In this document: piece after piece, positions 39,001 through 51,539 of the stretch
Position numbering within the stretch: position 1 is the first letter of the stretch
Layout: each line of letters opens with the position of its first letter
Source of the DNA: Chlorokybus atmophyticus
Lineage: Eukaryota > Plantae > Mesostigma and Chlorokybus algae
Reading direction: 5' to 3'
Assembly (NCBI GenBank): GCA_009103225.1
Contig: RHPI01002368.1
Coordinates: 62,001 to 126,000 of the forward strand
DNA length: 64,000 bases
Program-made: the position numbers and the translations under genes
The notes under the pieces: model-generated
What the model saw: only the letters and a program-made list of their open reading frames with translations
Databases searched by the model: none
What the model was told of the DNA's origin: nothing

Positions 39001-42000
39001 TTTTCACGACCTTCCATATTGGCTACCGTTACAAAAATCTGTCAAAGGTCATGTGGTTGGCCCTATGCACATTTTTGCCAACCTGGCAACCAACTTTGCA
39101 AATCTCCTAGCTGGCTTGCGCGACAGCATCGAATCACGAGAAAATCTGCAGCAGCAAGGCCGCATGCCTGCACTCTGGCTAGAGGTACGTATGTAGTCCG
39201 CCTCGTTGACATGTGCCATAGTTGGATTTAACTAAGGACTTGAACCTATGTGCTGCAGACAGAGATGAAGATGAAGGATGGAAAGGAAGTCGCAGTCAAG
39301 GTAAAACCCCAGGCTCCATGGACAATCACAGATGTAGGACTGGTTGAGCAATTGCTCTCCGGCGTGAGGGTTTCAAGCACTTTCGGCTCGAAACTGCAGT
39401 CTTTCACAAAGCATTTAGGTGAGATAGCCGTTATATGTTTTGTGTTTACGCTAAAGCAATGATTCTCCATGCATGGACAACTTTTGACATGGAGCATGCA
39501 GGCTCGATGAAATCGCACGACAAGCACAACTTATGGTCGGTCGTTTTTCAGTACGTGCTGCGCTCTGCACACGACATTGGAGAAGATCAGAAGAGAACCA
39601 TCTTCAAACTATGCGACATCTATCAACGGCTGACTGCATTGGAAGTAAAGCAGTCACACCTCGAAGAATTGAAGGTTGGCTTTAATAACACTTTACTCTG
39701 CATGCCCAGCTCATATGGCATGCATAGCTTATTACTTAGTGCAGGTGCTAGTGCATGAGGCACAGTCTGAAGTGGAGCTGTTCTTCCCGCGAACTTCTTT
39801 CACAATGATGCTGCACCTCCTTGGCCATCTACCAGAGCAGTGCATGTGGCTTGGTCCGACGCGTGACCACTGGGAGTGGGCACATGAACGCTTTATGCAG
39901 TGGGTGAAGCGCATGATATTTGCAAGGCAGCATGTGGAAGCAAGCATCTGCAAAAGGCAAGTTTTGTGTGAGCCCACTGAGAGTTACGTGCAAACTTTCC
40001 ACATTGTTTGCCTTGTTCAAGTGCCAGTTGCATCTGCAGATACTCTATCCAGCTCATGCTGAACACTTACATGGACACCTTGAAGCGACTTTTCTCCGAC
40101 ATCAGTTTGCGATCGGGCAAGCAACGAGATGATGACGACTATGTGCTCTGCGGACGGAGACACCGTATTGAGGTTGGGGATAAAGATAGTAAGACAAGGC
40201 AGGAGCTCGAGTGGTGGTTGGCTGAGAATGACGATGAATACAGGCTGTTAAAAGAGTAAGTTGCTTTGGGAGTTGCTGTTTTGTACGTGATGTCCAACGC
40301 GCAGACAGTATGATTTATTTATGGGTTGCTGCTACACAGAGAGTTCAGTCGGGAGGTGAACAAACGCAGGATGGCAAGGGAAAGGGCTCAAAAACAAGGA
40401 CATGTCGTGGCAAAGGACATGGAGCATATGACTGAGCTGCATCACTGGCGTGGACCTGCTAGGGAGCTTACAAAGCACGAGATGGAGCTGTTGAGCGGTC
40501 CAATCTTTCCAAAGTACATCAAGCGATACTTCAGAGCACGCTACAAGGACATCGGTCAGTTCAGAGCAGAGGAAATGGAGAAGAAACTCCGCACCATGGA
40601 CTGTGGCGTGTTTACCGTTGGGCGTGACTCAGATGACCCAACCAAGAAGATCCATTGGTATGGCAGGGTGCAATCTTTTGATGTTGTGGTGATAGCTGGT
40701 CGGGAGCACCAGCTGCTCAGAGCTAGGTGGTACATGAGCAACCAAGTCCAGCACAGTGGAGGATTTGCAATCCTAAGAAAAGACAAGCCCCGCTTTGCAG
40801 AACAAACCTACCTTGATTGCAACCTGGTAAGTGGCTGTGTTGCAATCGTTTTGGCGTGTGCTTGGTGTGATGATAGTAAATTGAAATAGTAGTTTGAAAA
40901 TGGCTGATGAATATTTTTTTCCTTCTTGCTGGCAGGTCAAGGGCCAGTGGTTTGAGGGAATTGATCCCCATGACAACAAAGTAACAGTAGTGCTTGTTAA
41001 AGACATGCGCAGTCTCATGCGTCGAGGCATGCACCGGGACACTCCGGTAAGAGGAGAGTTAACAACGTTGTCCATTAGAATCTGGATGTCCTCATATATC
41101 CTGGGTTTTTGCATCACATACAGCCATCTTGTGTAATTGGTGCAGGGTGCCCAAAGCGAAACCAATAGCGCCTCGAGCGAGGTGTCATGGACCACACGCC
41201 GCGACTGGCATTTTGAGTACAAGAGGTACTGTTTGCGATTGTGATGCCTCATATCCCTACTGTGAGACTGTAGACCTGGCCACTGAACCTTTGTTCACAG
41301 GATGAGACCGAGACTGGAGCTGGATGCGTTGGAACATCGGGAACATGAAGACTACTGCTTTGTCTGCAAGGATGGGGGCACCATATCTGGCTGCGATGTG
41401 GAAGGTTGCTGGAAAAGCTACCACGCGCACTGTGTCTCTATGCCACCTGTGGAGGATGAATATTGGGAGTGCCCAAGGCATGAGTAAGTGGACTTCATTG
41501 CAGCAAATGCTTGGCATCTTGTTGTGAGGAACTTCACTCCTAGAACCATCATCACTTGTACTGAACCAAAACACAGGTGCCATGTGAGGAACTGCAACGA
41601 AGCAGCTTTTCAAGTCTGCGAGACGTGTCCAAACAGCCTCTGTCAACGGCACGCTGTGGGTAGCATGGTTGAGGTTACGTGCTCGCGATGCACTGCGTAC
41701 GAAGAAGGTGGTGCTCCAGCGCAGCTCCCAAGGGAGAGCCTTGCTCGTCGTTCTCTGCCGGGCAATTGCGGTAGGGTTTCACAACCTGTGCAGAGTGGGG
41801 TTCAACACGTTGAAGAGAGTGGGGATGAGGCTAACAATGGTAAGCTGCTGTGTGCTTGAGCTTGTTGATTTGCGTTGTGGTTCTTGCCCAATTGAACCAT
41901 TTATGGCTGCAGAGGCAGTCACGATGGAAGTTGACGAAGAAGACAAAGAGGGCTGTAATCAGCAACCCACGACGGCTGCGGCAATTGTGGACCTCGTGGG

Positions 42001-43176
42001 CAGCGATGATGATATCATGGTGCTGGACGATCCAGTCAGCAACCCGCAGCCGTCAACACCGCAGCCACTGTTCATTTACCCTAGTGCAAGTGCACGTGAT
42101 GCGGTGCCAGTGCTTGAAACGGACAGGAGGTTGCTGGATGGCAGACAAGAGCTCAATGACACCATCCTCCACTTCTTTTGCAGGTATGTGATTTGTTGCG
42201 TCTGTGTTATTCGTGTATCTCATATGTACGTGGGATGCACATGCAGATACAAGGAAGAGGAAATCTTAGGCAGAGCAGATGGCATTCAGGTGAAGCTGTT
42301 CCACCCGCATTTCTACACCAAGATCGTGCGCTGCCATAGACAAAATGACTGGCACACGAGCAATCACAGGATAGACAGGTGGGAGAGTGATCCGTTTGCC
42401 AAGGACTTGCTGGGAGTGATTGTCAACCCAGACACGCGGTGAGAATAAGCGCCAAGAATATCTTGCTGAATTGCTGCTGTATTTGCAAACTGGAATTATT
42501 TTGATTGTTCACAGGACTCACTGGAGTCTGCTGCTTGTGTGCAATCCTGGAGGCCAACTTGGAAGTGACACGCCGCCTTTACTCGTCCATCTCGACTCCC
42601 TTGGCCTGCATCGCAACGTTGATGGACCTATGCGCGCTTACCTTGACTACATGTGGGGCAGAAAGCATGGAAGTGACTCACAACAACGGTTCTCTCCCGA
42701 AAACGTACAGCTTCTTGTACCACAGGTAGCACACGTTGCATTGCACTAGTGATGAGTTTGCATGCATTCTGTCACAAGCACTGATTCAATGCATGCACAT
42801 GCATTTGGTTTGCAAGCATTGACACATGTTTGTGCAGGTCCCTCAGCAGAAGGATGGAGTTGCGTGCGGGTTGTTTGTCATGCTTTATCTTGACAAGTTT
42901 ATAGATGGGGTACAAGCTGGTCCAATTGACCCAAACGCACGGATATTTCAACAGGTACAGTTCATGCATGTGCACTGCAATGTTTACAAGTGGAAGGTGC
43001 TTCAATGGCACTGTCGTGTAGGCCGACACGTGCTTAGTAACCACATGTTATTGCTGTGTGGTTGTGTGCAGATGCAAAGGAGTTGGTTTCATCCTCAAGT
43101 GGCAGACAGGTTGAGAAGACGATTGCGAACACTCATGAACAGTATGTTAGCGCAGCAAAGACATGAGTTGAGCTAG
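36005..43176 (+). CDS. CACTA TnpD transposase (Transpos_assoc, Transposase_21, DUF4218, DUF4216) spliced in frame to PHD + C5HCH + SIM + Ulp1/SENP protease; about 20 exons
   Basis: MSYFRRCFCRDC; DACRCDHMLY; DSPMFK...EPRNVRLAMFIDGMSPF; IPGPKQP; HDYP; GHRRYLPDDHPYR; MKSHD; FFPRTSFTMMLHLLGHL; WAHERF; HWYGRVQ; then EDYCFVCKDGG...CWKSYHAHC...WECPRHECH...CETCPNSLCQRH; ELNDTILHFF; HWSLL; HLDSL; QQKDGVACG. I could not place one junction (38070/38153) in frame, and there is an N-linked duplication at 36843. Confidence 0.88.
37655..37880. repeat. Intronic minisatellite in TnpD, inverted relative of the 28100-28450 array
   Basis: gctggggcggtatgtaagacctcagtatccagcct (from 37840) versus the reverse complement of the 28201 unit, gctggggcggtctgtaagacctcagtgtcctgcct. 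Confidence 0.8.
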
Positions 43177-43369
43177 TAGTAGCAGGTGGTGTGTAGCATA
43201 GCAATGCTGTAGTCCATATCAGAGCTGTCCCCCACCATCAACTCAAACCAGCTGTGTAGAATTGCTGAGCAACTCTGGCTTTGACATATACTAGACTGTA
43301 TATTAGAATTAGCAGTGCAATCTACTTGGTTTTCAATCACATTCGGGACTTGGCCAAAATGAGAGTATA

Positions 43370-43925
43370 TGTTTATTCGTGTGGGGTTGAATATTCACTC
43401 ACAGCTAGGAGTTACTGCACAACGTATTGCTTGGTTTTGGAATGGTGTTGAAAATTCACTCAAAGCTAGGACTTAGTGTGAATCGTATTGCGTAGTTTTA
43501 GATGGGTGTTGAATGTTCACTCACATCTGTGGCATGAAACTGATGAAGGTTATGAATATACATGTGTGACAAGCTGATCAATTGATTATTCACGGGCAGT
43601 TGGGACTTGGTGAGTTTAAGCTGTCTGTTATAGCCACAAGCTTATGCCCCTTCATGAATGTTCAGGCAATGTGTAGCTGAATATTTAGCAGAGCACATGC
43701 TGTGTCCATTCACAATTGCATGCCCTTGAACATTCAATCGGTTTCAACTGAATATACGAGGTATATGGGTTTTGAAAGGTGGCATTGATTTATCGTGTGG
43801 ATATTCACGCGATTTATAGGTGAATGTCGCGATTTCGTTTTGGCAGGGATTGCACAAAATGTACGAAAACACTTGAATATTCACTCGATAAAAAGCTGAG
43901 ACGGTAAATCCAACGATTATTCAGT
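43370..43925. repeat. Right subterminal repeats of the giant CACTA
   Basis: Repeated gaatattcactc, gattattcac and tgaatat motifs. Confidence 0.85.
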
Positions 43926-43977
43926 GCGTTTGCCATGAATTTTCAAAAATTCGGGGGTCTCATAATTACCGGTGTAA

Positions 43978-45362
43978 TCGGGGCTATTTTGGGAGTTGTG
44001 TGGAGTGGAGAAGGACTAGTGGAAGGAGTGGGCATCCATGTGGCAGTCAAAGAGCTGGTCATGGAAACGGTCTACTCATCATTAAAGGCGTGGATTAGAG
44101 GTGGAGCTGGAGGAGAGCAAGTCCAAGTAGCTTTGACCATGTTCTAGTGTGCATTTTTAATTGGTTGTGCTAGATAAAGACATGTGTCATTGACTTGTTC
44201 ATTGTACAAGTAGTGTGATCCAACAGATATAGCTATCCAATCAGCAAGTTACCATACCATACCAAGTTGCAAGTGCCATACAAGTGCCATAACGCTAGTG
44301 CAATACATCTTCTTGTGTTGTATGCGATTGGTGCCTTAGCTGAGACTGTTGTTGAGAGTGTGTGACACTAGCACATACCATCGTGCCCTGCTCAACAAGG
44401 AAATCTACAAGAAGGACGCGGACGTCATCATCACCCTCGTGTAGCTTGTTCACCATACATGTAGCTAGACATGCTAGTGTGTAAGTTACGGGAGCATACA
44501 TTGCATGAAGTTGCAGTGTTGTGTATGAGTAGCAGCATGGTGGACATGTGCTGGTGGGTGCATTGAGGTAACATGGCAGTCAAGGAGACGTGGCGCTACA
44601 GCTGTCATGCTGGTGAAGGTCTTGAGCTAGGTTGTTGCGGGATATGACTACATGCAGGGCAATAACAGACTGTGGGCTGGTTGTAGGCATGAGGTAGTTA
44701 GATATGCTTGTAAGAGCATATATAGACAATGATGTCTGTTGGGTTCAATGATGGGAAGGTAGATGAGGAAGTTATTGAGTGGGGGGAAGTGCATTTGGCG
44801 AGTTACAATCAATGTAACCGGACATCAGCGGACCCAGATTTGATGTGTGTAATCGGGGCTATTTCCGGAGTTGTAAGTGGAGAAGGACTGGTGGAAGGAG
44901 TGGGCATCCATGTGGCAGTCAAGAGCTGGTCATGGAGACGATCTACTATTATTGAAGGCGTGGATCAGAGCTGGAGCTGGAGGAGAGCAAGTCCAAGTGG
45001 CTTTGACTATGGTCTAGTGCATACCTGGTTGGTTGTGCTAGATTCGGACATGAGAGTTGTGTTGTTGACTTGTTCATTGTATGAGTAGTGTGAGAACAGA
45101 TGTAGCTATCTGGTCAGCAAGTTACCATACCAAGTTACAAGTGCCATACATGTGCCACTAGTGCAATACATCTTTGTGTGTTGTATGCAATTGGTGCCTT
45201 AGCTGAGACTGTTGTTGTGTGAGTGTGTGACACTGGCGCATACCATCGTGCCCTGCTCAGCAAGTACATCTACAAGAAGGAGGTCATCATCATCATCACC
45301 CTCGTTTAGACTGTTCACTACACATGTAGCTAGACATGGTAGTGTATAAGTAAAAGGAGCAT
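43978..45362. repeat. Tandem repeat: remainder of the interrupted unit (43978-44602) plus an uninterrupted second copy (44603-~45362); origin unknown, possibly decayed retroelement
   Basis: tcggggctattt...ggagaaggact(a/g)gtggaaggagtgggcatccatgtggcagtca...ccatcgtgccctgctca is present twice. Confidence 0.85.
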
Positions 45363-46384
45363 ATATTAAAGCCTTCTCATGCTTCTTTCACCAGTCATGC
45401 AGCTCCACCTTTAACACCACCGTAATGGTCCAACAACATCTTCATCCTTCATGTCATTGTTGTCCAAATCCAAAGGCTCCACGGTACACTTGTCGTAGTT
45501 GGTTGCCATCTTCCAGGACTCACCCAACCTCATCAGACTCAGCTAGCACTCGCTGAGCCTACTACCGCTATCACGCCTCCAGACACTTGCTTGACCAGCG
45601 TAGTGTGGGCCCATAACCTGTTAAGATTCGGACAAGCTACTACACATGCAAGGAGCTGGTGCAAGCATGAGAACAAGCATGCTCACGCGACATCTTGAGC
45701 ATGCACATAAGGTTGATTAAAAAGGCTTTTCAAGGATTACATCAAAGTAATACCGCGGGCTTTTATACCCGCCAGTCACACACCTGTCTACTTTAGGCGT
45801 CACCACAACTTCTACACTTAACCAACTCCTGCACTCCAAGTTGCGCCACGTAGCTACATTTAAGAGCTTTCCAACAAGCCCTGCCACGCGGCATATAATG
45901 ACGCAACTACGAAGTTACAAGACTTCTACCGCTACGCCCAGAACCTTCAAGACTCGAGATCATGTCTGCGCCTGGACCATCTCAATTGAAGTCCGCGCCT
46001 GGACCCTTCTCGACTGGAACCTTCTCGCGCCTGAATCTTCTCGCGCTTATTTTCATTCATGGGGCAAGCTGACCGGATACAAGAATATTTTCAACAGAAT
46101 TGCACTGCGTGATCTACCCTCCATTTGCCGTAATAAGCATGTATGCTGCACAAACATCCAAACAACGCTTAAAGGCTTGGAAAAACTTCTTACATACAAG
46201 CGTTTAACTATACCAACGACCCTACTGGTACAAGCACAGTTACGGGTGCGGCTACATGTATCGCCGTGTGAGCAACTGCTGTTGCAATACCGTTTGCTTG
46301 AGGCTATTAAGGTGATAATGAATGTGCTTAAAATATGCCCTGCACACCGTGTCCCACGTGCAGTGCTTGGGCAATTAGTAGTCC

Positions 46385-49005
46385 TTATAGACACTGGTTT
46401 CTATTGGTGATGGGGAGGGCTCTTGCAATGCAGCGGTGGAGCCTTCCGACGAGAAGGTGATGGCTTCTGATGGGGGGGAGGCCTGTGGTGAATCGGAGGA
46501 GGCTTATGATGCGGAGGGGGCCTGTGGTGAGGGGGGAAAGGCCTATGGTGAGGAGGGGACTGGTGGGGAGTTGGCTTGCAATGGGGGGGAGGGGCCCTCT
46601 GGTGGGGGGGAGGGGGCGTGTGGTGAGGAGGGGACAAGTGGGGAGTTGGCTTGTGCGAGCGAGAGGGGCCCTATGGTGAGGAGGGGACTGGTGGGGAGTT
46701 GGCTTGTCGTGCGGGGGAGGGGGCCTATGGTGCGGGGGAGGGGGACGATGGTAAGGAGGAGGGGACTGCTGGGGAGTTGGCTTGTGGTGCGGGGGAGGGG
46801 GCCTGGGCTGAGGAGGAGGGGGCGGATGCGGTGGAGACGGAGAGGGAGGAGGAGGTGGAGGGGGCGGAGAGGGAGGAGGAGGTGAAGGTGAAGGCATAAG
46901 CTGACTCCAACCTGGCTGTACGGGCCAGCTCATTTGAAAATTTATCTGGCAGAAGCTGTTGGAGCGCAGTATGCGCATATAGCTGTCCTCTCCCCACCAA
47001 GTGCCCCATTGGTTTTAGTTAAGTCGGTAAGGTAAGCCACTTGACTGATTAGTGCCGAAGCCGACAACGTAAACCGCATGGTTAAGGTCACCAATCTGAC
47101 AATCATTGTCGCCGATGTACACGCCACTGGCATGATATTGCAAGCTGTCCGTCACTCTTATTGTAATACTTGTTGGCTGCTTGCACACGGACTGCGCACA
47201 CCGCAAGTGGCGACAGCGCCCAAACACCCAATATGACGTGTGCCACAGTAGCAATGTCACTAGCCAACCAGGGAGCGCTACTTAGTCAACAACAACACGC
47301 AAAGGTGTGGCAAACCTGTAACAAGAAGTCACCCGAAAAGACCCCGGGGAAGATATTACTAAAATAACTGTTGTATAACTAAAATCCCAAAATACTAACA
47401 AAGTTAGAGTGGGTCTCACAAGCGCCTATCAGAGTAATAGGCAAGTTACTAGCGGTCTTCTCTAATCCAATGAGTAATTTGGTAGACATCATGTACGACC
47501 GGCTGAGGGGTTGTTTGAGGGGAACGGAATTGGTACCTTGCTGTGCCACGTATGGGTAGCTGTCCTCCTTAGCCAAACCGCCATTTACGAGCATCCATTG
47601 GTAGGTACCACAATCAGACTCACCATGGCAACCATTTGTCAAAAAGAAGTTGTCGTAGTCTACCAACTGCTATTCCCTGAGAGACACGAGCTCCTCTGTG
47701 GTATTAAAGTTGATGGCTTTGACTGCTCCCATCGCCGCCAAGGCCCAGCAGCTTCCACACTGAAAAAGAGTTGCATATGAAGGTAAGCTACACATCACAC
47801 ATCAGAAGAGAATATGCCCACGCAGCCGTGCACAGACAAATGCATGCGAACAACACGTATGCACGTACACGTGCCTCTTCCTAGCCCGTGACAGTAGTAA
47901 CGGCGCCATATTAACACCAGTTCATCCCGTCAGGGGTAGGGCATATACCATAGTATATTAGTAGTCGGCGGGCAGCTCGACCATATTGATGACCTGCAAA
48001 TGACATTTGTCAAATGAATGTCCCATAAATGTTATCCCACAATTAAAAACGGAAGCATGCTGTACCTGTGCCCGAACACCCCCGGCTGCACGGGTAGCAT
48101 TTGTGTTGATAGTATGGGTTCCCACTCATGCGTCCAGAGGCTTGGGTGGAGGGAAGCATGCATGTCTGCACGGGCCTTTACGAGCAAGCAACAACTGCAC
48201 AAAAACAAGACTGCACAGGTCTAACCCTTAGCAGTTATGAAACACAGGACGCTTAAGACTTGACACTCGAGATACACTTGATAGCACTGCTGAGCAGCAG
48301 TCACAACAGCAGTAGCACAAAATGTTGCAACTGCTCACCCAATACGAGGCATTCGCGCTCTGGTTGTGCTTCATCACGCGCTCCACCGACCACTTCCATG
48401 TGGTAAATACTGCTTTGCGCTCCCGTTGACCATAAGGCATGCCATTAGCAGCACACAAACATCACCACCAGCTAAAGCAGTGCACTTGGCACGCAAGCGT
48501 GCAGATGTTATACGCACGTGCACACCAATCTGCAAGCGAGCACCATCCACCATAGTGCACCACTGTGGCAGTTGCTACACCAAGTTGCATACCTCAACGC
48601 TGGCATACGATTTGCCGTACTTTACGCACTAGGTGGCAAAAGATTCCTCTGAGTTGGCCTGTCAAGGGACAGTAGACAGAATAACAATTTAGGGTCTTGC
48701 CATGCGACTTTGATATGCATGCTGCTGCTAGCATGCAGGTAGCTATGCCGTGCATGTTGCAAGCCTGCACGCTCGCAGGCATGCCTCTGCGCCATGCATA
48801 AGCAACAATGACAACGACAGTTGCAAGCCGGCAGTTGCATGCACAGTGTCACCGTCACTCGAGCCTTAATGGCATAGCGGAGGGCTTGGATGCGGCCTTC
48901 GTGGAAGGAGGGCGCCGTTGCGGCGCACGCGGACGGCGCCACCTAGCAAATTGCTGCTACCACTAAGGCGGCCAGCAGCACGGGCACTGGCTTGGCCGCC
49001 GTCAT
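46385..49005 (-). pseudogene. Papain-like (C1A) cysteine protease with C-terminal extensin-like Pro/His-rich tail
   Basis: Signal peptide MTAAKPVPVLLAALVVAAIC*, I29-like prodomain pieces, ELPADY*, CGSCWALAAMGAV (Cys ~47748), SLREQQLVD, EDSYPY, SGVY...LNHAVYVVGFG, N*NQWGTWWGEDSYMRI, then SPPPPHH(R/K)P repeats at 46400-46870. Several stops. Confidence 0.85.
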
Positions 49006-51539
49006 CGTAGGTTCCTCACTCAACCGCACTCAGCTGCCTCGATCAGCTCTGTGATGTACTGCGCCGACAGGCGCGGCACGCAGTGCATCTCGCGGGCCGC
49101 GCTTGTTGGGCGTGCGGCCCCAGGACGTCTCACATCATTCTAGCAAGTACCGGTAGTGTACAGCTACAGTCAAGACGCAAATGGGCTTTCCCCCTGCCAA
49201 AGCTTATGCCGGCCCGGTCAGCGCTGAGAACGGTGGAATGGCCGTCAGGTTGCGGTGGTCTGCCGGTAGACGAGTGAGAATATGTGTAGCCATACTGCGG
49301 TTGTTGACGTTGATGTGGTTGTAAGACATGATGGTTCCGATGGCGATATAGCGCGGTGGATCAGTGTTCGACGCTATCATCCGCTGTCTTAGCGAAATTG
49401 TACGATATCTGTTGTCTTTAATAACGGTCGCTGCTCAATTACTATCGTCACAACGTAAGTCACGGTACTAACACCGCCAACCGGCACTGAACTCGCAATG
49501 ATTAGCGTGCGTTCACACAAGGTTCGCCACATTATACGGCCTACCTACGTCGCCATGCTCCATCGCAACCGTCCGTGTGCTTCACTCGTAGACTACCGGC
49601 ATAAGCTTCTTCCCATTGGCGCCTTAACTAGCTAATCCAAGCGCACCCGGCATCGCCCCGTCGCCGAGGGCAAGTTGCCGAGGAAGCTGTTTCATCATAG
49701 AGGGGGCTATAGATCTAGACCTCGAACCAACGTCCGTTACGTCACAGCAGGAAGTTCCGCGGGCCTGCCCCGGATCAGCTCGGCCCGCGGCGCGGCGTTG
49801 TCCTAGTGGCTCGTACAGGTAGGCCAAGTGATAAACGGCTTAGCGTTATAACCGCTGTCCATGGCATGCCCCGTTGTAGAAAACATGTTTTGTCCTGGCA
49901 CATTTTACTTCAATGATAGGGTTATAACTAGCATATATTAGCGCATGTCGTTTTTGTAAATGATATGAGCATAGCTATGCTACTACTAGGGCCTTGCATG
50001 ACATGGCATGATCAAGTCACTTAAACTCTTGGTAATAACATTCTTAAATGATGTATTGCACACCCGATGAGGTTACGAGCATATTAGCCGCTGCTGCCTA
50101 TAAATGCCGCAAAAGGGGCTGTTACGTCGACATGGAACGCTCTCATTCGCATGGGGCCTGCGGGGCGTGCAAGTACTGGCACAAACCGTTTGTGCCTGTA
50201 TTGGCACGTGCCTTTTGAGGCTAGACCCAAACGGCCCCCAAACTGGCACAAAACCGCTTGCGCCAGAATGGATGCTAATTTACCTATTGGTTAGTGGCAC
50301 AAGCGGTTTATAACTAGTACAAGCACTAATTGCAAAGCCAAGATGAGCACGATTGCAAACCAATGCATTGCTTGGTCTAAAGCTAGGTGTGCCAGCATTG
50401 GCAAATAAAAACCATGTGCCTTGACTGGCATATGCACTAAATCTGGTATTAGCATGTGCCGGTGTTGACACCAATGTTCATCATGCTATTAAATTTACCC
50501 AATGTATCTTAAATCTTCATTCATGTACTTGTATGTTGCTGAGGGAACACCCTCAGCTTGGCTTCGAAGGTAGATACTTTTGCCTGCCTGCCTACCGATG
50601 CACCCGCCAGCTTGCCATTGCCGTGCCCTGCGTCGTTGTCAAGTTGTGGAACATCAAGTTCACAGTGTTAGCGCTGAGCGAAACCCCCCTGCGTGGTAGC
50701 ATGTTTCATTCACCATGATACAGCAAAACCAAAAAGGGCATTTCACGCAACGCATTTCAAGTACACAATTAAAGCTGCATCGACACCACTATCAGCAACT
50801 ATTGACAGCTACATCTGCAGCTATAACTACAACTACACCTACAACCGCAACTGCTGCTGCTACTGCAACTGTCAGCATTTCTCCCTGCACAAGCTGCAAC
50901 TTCTATGCAGCGTTGCGACAACGTGAGGATTAGCACACCAGCATCAGACTGGCAGACCCATAGTCCCAGCCTATCAGGTCTACAACAAGCAAGTCCACTC
51001 AGTGGGTCTAGACCCAGTCTTGGGCTAAATCAGACCAAGTCGTCCAGCCAATATTCAACTCGCCCACTAGCAAGACCTACAAAGCAAATGCAGACTAGAT
51101 TGAAGGTTTAACATACTGGTCTGCTAAGCTAGACCATCAGAGGGTTTAAAGGGGACATAAGGCAAATGGTAGCAAGCTACATTGGACAAACTTAAGTGTC
51201 AATAACCCCGATAGACCTTTCTTGCAGCTTGCACTGTTGAGATGGACGATGACAAGCACACACATGCATATACGTGCATACCACAACAACACTAATGTCA
51301 AGGATATGATGCACTATAGGACCTTAGCATGCGCATATGCTACGTCGTGACCAGTGACTCTGCTCCAACAAGAGAGTTCTACAGGGTTCCACAGAGTACT
51401 TGTCTGCTACAAGTCCGCGGGCTTTGATACTTGCCAGCTACACATGCTTTATATTAGAAGCCACTGTGTCTAGCATACTCCATCAAATGCTGCACGCTAC
51501 GTTGCACCACATAGCCAACTTCAAGAGCTTTTCAATAAG

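Larger units (their letters stand above)
21577..43974 (+). mobile_element. Giant CACTA/EnSpm DNA transposon, 22,398 bp
   Basis: Left end CATTGGTAATTCTGGACCCCCCGAATTTCTGAAAAATC; reverse complement of right end CACCGGTAATTATGAGACCCCCGAATTTTTGAAAATTC. 3-bp TSD TAA at 21574-76 and 43975-77; empty site gtgTAAtcgggg at 44850-52. Dense TATTCAC-type subterminal repeats at both ends. Encodes Transposase_21-type TnpD. Confidence 0.93.

Noticed and set aside
43978-46380. Flanking tandem unit and downstream ORFs as Gypsy integrase/RT
   Set aside because: Only vague resemblance; no diagnostic motif could be read.
50150-50480. Cluster of TGGCAC/GTGCCA motifs resembling transposon subterminal repeats
   Set aside because: No matching TIR, TSD or partner end was found in the window.
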